A stretch of DNA of 64,000 bases from Scenedesmus sp. PABB004 (Eukaryota), in the NCBI GenBank assembly GCA_014905635.1, contig JABVCE010000013.1, positions 930,001 through 994,000 on the forward strand. Reading direction: 5' to 3'. Positions within the stretch are counted from its first letter, which is position 1. Each line of letters starts with the position of its first letter. The notes under the pieces were generated by a model, which was not told the DNA's origin, made no database searches, and was given only the letters and a program-made list of their open reading frames with translations. Of the stretch, positions 58,876 to 64,000 are shown piece by piece. Made by a program: the position numbers and the translations under genes.

Positions 58876-61429
58876 TCAGGCGGCGAGCGGCCGCGCGCGC
58901 TTGCGCGGCCGGCCGCCGCCGCCGCGCCTCGCCTGGCCGGCGAGCTCGCTGGCGTCGCTGCCAAGGTAGTCCGAGTCGTCGTCGCCGGCGTCGCCGCCGG
59001 CGTCGCTGCCGCTGCCGCTGCCGCTGCCGCTGCCGCCGCTGCCGCTGCCCTCGCTGCCGCTCTCCTCGTCCTCGTCGTCCTCCTCGTCGTCGTCGTCGTC
59101 CCCATCGTCGCCGCCCTCCTCGCCCTGGGCGCTGCCCGCGGCGGCGGCCCCGCCGCCGCCGCCCGCCGGCTCGGCGCCCGGCGCCGGCGCGGGCGCCGCC
59201 GCGCGCGACGCCTCCGCGGCGGCCGCGAGCTGCGCGACCAGCTCCGCCTGGCGCGGCGCATAGTCGTGGCGCTGTGTGACAAACGCAAACTCGTACGAGC
59301 CGTCGGGCGCCGCGGCGGCGGCGGCGCGGCGCGTGGCCGCCGCGGGCTTGGCCGCGGGCGGGCCCTGCGGCCGCGCGATGGCGTAGGTGGCCTGGCGGGA
59401 GGGGCGGTGGGCCGGGGGCGGGGCCGGGTCAGCACGCGCTCGGGGCGCGCGCGTGCCGCAGCCAGCCCCGCCCTGCGGCTGCCAGCGCGCGCAGCACGGC
59501 GCGCGCGCGCGCCCGCGCGCCCGCGCGCCTGCTGCGTGCGCTTGTCCTCGTCGGCAGCGTCCACCAGCTGCAGCGTCACGCGCACTGCCACCGACTCAAG
59601 CTCGGCCGGGCAGGTGCGGCTGAGCTTCCACGGCAGCGCGCCCGACAGCTCGCGACCCTTCAGCACGCCGGCGGCGGGGCCCTCAAACGCCACCGACGCC
59701 GACGCGACCATGGGCAGCGGGCAGGCGGGGCCGTGGAGCGAGGCGATGGTCAGGGTGAAGCCCCAGCTGCTGCCGCCGCACTCGCCAGCGCTCGATGCCG
59801 CGCCGCCGCCGCCGTCCGCGCCGCCGTCCGCGCCGTCGCCCGCGCCGCCCTCCTGCCGCTGCCGCTGCTGCTGCTTGGCGCCGCCGGCGCCGGCGGTGAG
59901 CGTGTGCGAGAGCAGCACGCAGTCGGTGCGCACAAAGGGCGGGATCGCGACGCCCAGCTGCTGCATGACGACCGCCATCACCTGCGCGCGCGCGCGCGCG
60001 CGCGGACGCGCCGCCGCGGTCGCGGCGCGGCGCACGCCCCGCGCGCTCGGTGGTGCCCCCTCGCCGGCCGCGCGCTCGCACCTCGTCGACCTTGGCGTGG
60101 ATCACCACGTCCGCGCGCTTGTCCTTGGGCGTGGCCTGCAGGTTGATGATGCCCAGCCGGCCCCCCGCGCGCACCGTGCGCAGCGGCAGGTTGGCGGCGG
60201 GGATGATCTGCAGGCTCGTGCCCAGGCACAGCGCCAGGTTCTGCGTGGCGACGCCGCGGCGGCGCGGCGTCAGCTCGGCGCGGGCGGCGCCGGCTCCACG
60301 CGGGCGGCGCGGGCGGCGCACCGCGGCCGAGGCGTGCTCCTGCGTGGCCTTGAGCTCCGCCGGCGGCAGCGCGTCCTCCCAGTCCAGGATGTGGTCCACC
60401 AGCTGCCCCCGGCAGCCCCCGCGCGTGCAGCGCCGCCCGGTGGGCTTGAAGCCGACCTGGCGCGCGCCGCAGGGGCGGCGGCGTCGGCGGCCGCGCGAGC
60501 GCGCGCGGCGCCGGGGCTCCGCGGCGCAGCGCCGCGCGCACCGTGTCCATTTCAAAGTCGCGCACATACTCCACCTTGCACTTCTTGCAGCGCTCGGCGA
60601 AGCAGTTGCCGTGCAGCTCCGCGAGCTGCTCGCGCGGCACGCCTGCCGGCGCGGCCACGGCTCAGGCGCGGCCGGCTCGGGCGCGGGGGCCCGCGGGGGC
60701 GCGGCACGGCGTGGGCGGCGCGCGGCGCGCGGCGGCGGGCGCACCTGAGCGCAGGTGCAGGCTGTCCACGTTCTGGCTGCACACATACGTGAGGCGCCCC
60801 GCGGCCAGCAGGCCGACGAGCACCTGGTGCGTGAGGCTGGGCTTGGCGTAAACAAAGCTGGTCGCCAGCTTGGGCAGCGGCAGGCCCTTGCGCTGCGCGG
60901 GCGCCGGCGGCAGAGCGGCCGGGTCGCGCAGCCGGACAGAGCAGGAGGGGGCGCGGCGCGGCGCTGCGCGGGCAGTGAGCGCGGGCGGCACGCCTGCAGC
61001 GTCCACACGCCGCTGGGGCCGCGGAAGTCTGGGATGCCACACGCCTGCCGGCGGGCGGCGTGCGCGCGGCGGTGGTGAGGCGGGTGAGGTGGCGGGGCGG
61101 CAGTACTGTGGGGCGGGCGGCTGCGCGGCACGCGCCGCGCGCGGCCCCTGCCTTCGCGCACGCACCGTGGAGATGCCGGCCCCCGTGAAGGCGATGACGC
61201 GCTCCGCGCCCCGGATCTGCCGGCGCGGCGGGCGGGCAACGGTCGCCCTGGCGGCGGCGAGCGGGCGCCGGGCCGCTGCTGCGCCGCCGCGCCGCGCCGC
61301 GCTCACGTGCTCCGCCAGCGCGGCCGCCTTGTCCCACACCACGTGCGGCGGCTCGTGCAGCTCCGGATCGCCCAGGCGGCCGCCCAGGTCCTCGCGGTGG
61401 CTCAGCCGCTCCGCGTAGCCCAGCGACAT
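58876..61429 (-). CDS. SRT1: Class IV sirtuin (SIRT6/7-like NAD-dependent deacetylase), 9 exons
   Basis: [86 protein letters not shown]; acidic tail and C-terminal RKRAR. Confidence 0.95.
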
Positions 61430-61905
61430 CGCGCTGGCACGACCGCGCGGGCTGACGCGGCGGTTGGCGCGGTTGCTGCTGCTCGCGCTGCGCCGGCGCG
61501 GCGCCGGGCCGGCCGCGGCTGGCCGCGGCCCCGGCTGGGATGGGCCAGATCAGGGCAGGCAGCAGGAGGGAGCGACGGAGGAAGCGACGGACCGCGGCGC
61601 TCCGCTGGCAGCGGGTCCGCGTTCGCGTGCGGCGGTGGCGCGTGGCGGCGGCGGCGGTCGGCAGCAGGGCTTGGCGGTCTCCCAGGAGCTTGGGGCGCCC
61701 AGAGTGGGCGCGACGGGCGCGCTCGAGCGGCGCGGGCGGCGTTGTCTGCGCGGCGGCGGGCGGGCAAAGCCCCAGACAACTGCTGCTGTCATGCGCCCGA
61801 GCCCTGGTGCCGCCCGCCTTCTGCCACGCGCGCCAGATCACGTGGATCTTAACCATCCTGCGGTCGCGCGCCTTGAGCTTGGCGCGGGCAGGGTTGTCTC
61901 CCGTG

Positions 61906-64000
61906 ATGTCTGCCCCGGGCCGCGCGCTGCCGGTCCTGGCGCGCCTGCTCGCGCGCCGGGCTGTGGCGTCGGCATGGGCGGAGGCTTGCGGCGCTCGGTG
62001 CGGGTCGAGCGCGCCGCGAGCGCGGCAGCAGGCGCTGCTGCCGCAGCACGCCCCGCCCGCCCGCGCCCACCCTCGCCCCCACGCCGCAGGCCGGGCGCCC
62101 AGCGGCTGACGCCGGCGTCCTGGTACGTCGGGGGCAGCGGCGCGCGGCGCTTCAGCTCGCTGCCGCCGCACACGGTGCGGCGCCGGCGCAGCAGCGGCGC
62201 GCGGCGCGGCGGCGGGTGCCGCGCAGCCTCGCCGACCGCCGCGTCCCTCGCCCGCAGGAGCTCGCGATGCCCGCGCTGTCGCCCACGATGACGCAGGGCA
62301 ACGTGCGCGCCGCGCACCGGGGCGGCGGCAGAGGCGGCGGCGGCGCGCTGCGCAGCTCCCTGCGGTCGCCGACCCGCCGACCTGCTGCGCCCCGCCGCGC
62401 CGCGCAGATTGCCAAGTGGTATGTCAAGGTCGGCGACGAGATCGCCGCCGGCACGGTGCTGGCGGACATCGAGACCGACAAGGCCACGCTCGCGTTTGAA
62501 AACCAGGCGCGCGCCCACGGCCGCGGCTGGGCGGGCAGGCAGGCGCGCCGCCGCGCCGCCGCGCCGCCGCCTCCCCGCCGCCGCCGCCGCCGAGCCGCGC
62601 GCTGCGCCGCGCCACCGGCGTCGCGCACCGCAGGAGGACGGGTTCATCGCGGCGATCGTGGCGCCCGACGGCGCCAAGGACGTGCCGGTGGGCCAGACCG
62701 TGGCGATCATCGTCGAGGACGCGGCCGACGTGGCAGCGTTCGCGGGCTACGCCGCCGGCAGCAAGGCGGCGGCGGCCGCACCCACGGCGGCGGCGCCCGC
62801 CGCCGCGCCCGCCGCGCCCAGCAGCGGCGGCGGCGGCGGGGGCGCATTCCCGGACCACGTCGTGAGTGCGGTGGCGCGGCCTGACGCGGCCGGCGCGGCC
62901 GACGCAGGGCGGGGGCTGGGCGCTGCGGTCTGCCCGCCCGGCGCGGCCACCCCACGGCCACCCCCCCCCCCCCCGCCGCCGCCGCCGCCGCCGCCAGGCG
63001 CTCGCGATGCCGGCGCTGTCGCCGACGATGGAGCGCGGCAACATCGTGGCGTGGCACGTGAAGGAGGGCGACGAGGTGTCGGCCGGCACGGTGCTGGCGG
63101 ACATCGAGACCGACAAGGCCACGCTCGTGTTTGAAAACCAGGTGCGCGCGCAGGCAGCGCAGGCGGGGCGGGGCGGCCGGGCGGGCGCCGCGCCGCGCCG
63201 CGCCGCGTGGCGCCCGCCCGGCGCGGCGGCGGCAGCTGCGGCGGGGCGAGGCGCCCGCGCGCGCGCCCGCCCGCGCCGCTTGCAGGACGAGGGCGTCATC
63301 GCCCGCATCCTCGCGCCGGCGGGCAGCAAGGACGTGCCTGTGGGGGCGGTCGTCGCGGTCATCGTCGAGGACGCGGCGCAGATCCCCGCGTTTGCGACCT
63401 ACACCGCCGGCGCCGGCAGCGGGAGCAGCAGCGGCAGCAGCAGCAGCAGCGGCGGCGGCGCGAGCAGCGGGAGCAAAGGCAGCAGCGCCGGCGGGGCTGC
63501 GTCCGCGCCCGCGGCGCGCGCGCCGGCCAACTTCAGGCTCGGCCCCGCGGCGCGCAAGGCGCTGGCCGAGGCGGGGCTGAGCGCGGCCGACGTCACGCCC
63601 AGCGGGCCCAACGGCATCGTGACCAAGGCCGACGTCGCCGCCGCGGTCGCGGCGGGCGTCCGGCCCGGCGGCGGCGGCGGCGGCGCGGGCGCGGCAGCAG
63701 GCGCTGCCGCGGCGCCCGCGGCGGCCAAGCCCTCGCCCGCGGCCGCGGCGCCCGCGCGGCCGGCCGCGCCCGCCGCGGCGGCGCCGCCGCCGCCGCCGGC
63801 GCCGCCGGGGTCGCGCTACACGGACGTGCCGGCGAGCCAGGTGCGGCAGATCATCGCGAAGCGGCTGCTCGAGTCGAAGCTCACGGCGCCGAGCCTCTAC
63901 GTCAGCGTCGACGTGGCGCTCGGCGCGCTGACCGCGCTGCGCGCGCGCCTCGCTGAGGGCGGCACGAAGCTGTCGGTCAACGATTTCGTGCTGCGCGCGG
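61906..64000 (+). CDS. DLAT: Mitochondrial pyruvate dehydrogenase E2 (dihydrolipoamide acetyltransferase) with two lipoyl domains; runs off the window end
   Basis: Presequence [18 protein letters not shown]; two copies of [12 protein letters not shown]...IETDKAT..FE; E3-binding PAARK...[13 protein letters not shown]; start of catalytic domain [12 protein letters not shown]...[11 protein letters not shown]. Confidence 0.95.

Noticed and set aside
1..64000. Introner-type mobile introns
   Set aside because: Introns share composition, GCCGC runs and CTGAC/CTCAC branch motifs, but I saw no pair with extended sequence identity.
1..64000. rRNA, tRNA, transposase, reverse transcriptase or viral genes
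   Set aside because: No supporting motifs seen on either strand.

Overview
Eukaryotic nuclear DNA, extremely GC-rich (visually about 75-80%), gene-dense, with many short GC-rich spliceosomal introns and TGTAA poly(A) signals. Together with nuclear rpl33 and HCF173, this points to a chlorophyte green alga (probably Sphaeropleales-like; inference). Most long ORFs in the supplied track are GC artefacts, so genes were rebuilt by hand across introns. About 23 genes are supported: AGT (3' end outside the window), a tandem HMG-box protein, a WAC/HARE-HTH/DDT/WHIM ISWI partner, PP2C, an intronless M20 peptidase, bL28m, uridine kinase/UPRT, plastid L33, an ArsB/NhaD-type transporter, HCF173, a secreted vanadium haloperoxidase-like protein, VPS29, a bZIP-like protein, PMS1/PMS2, a DUF1769 protein, a 49-aa Cys-rich microprotein absent from the ORF track, a chromate (CHR) transporter, an SRI-like protein, a NAA60-like GNAT, an ACR2/CDC25-like arsenate reductase, an At1g75140-like membrane protein, SRT1 and pyruvate dehydrogenase E2 (runs off the end). 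There are also two islands of gene fragments. Most notable: (1) a loose oxyanion/metalloid neighbourhood (ArsB-like, VHPO, Cys-rich microprotein, CHR, ACR2); (2) the microprotein itself; (3) an inverted ~112-bp coding segment shared by two unrelated head-to-head genes; (4) at least 16 GC-AG introns. All family calls come from motif recognition by eye, not database searches. Spans of multi-exon genes include introns.
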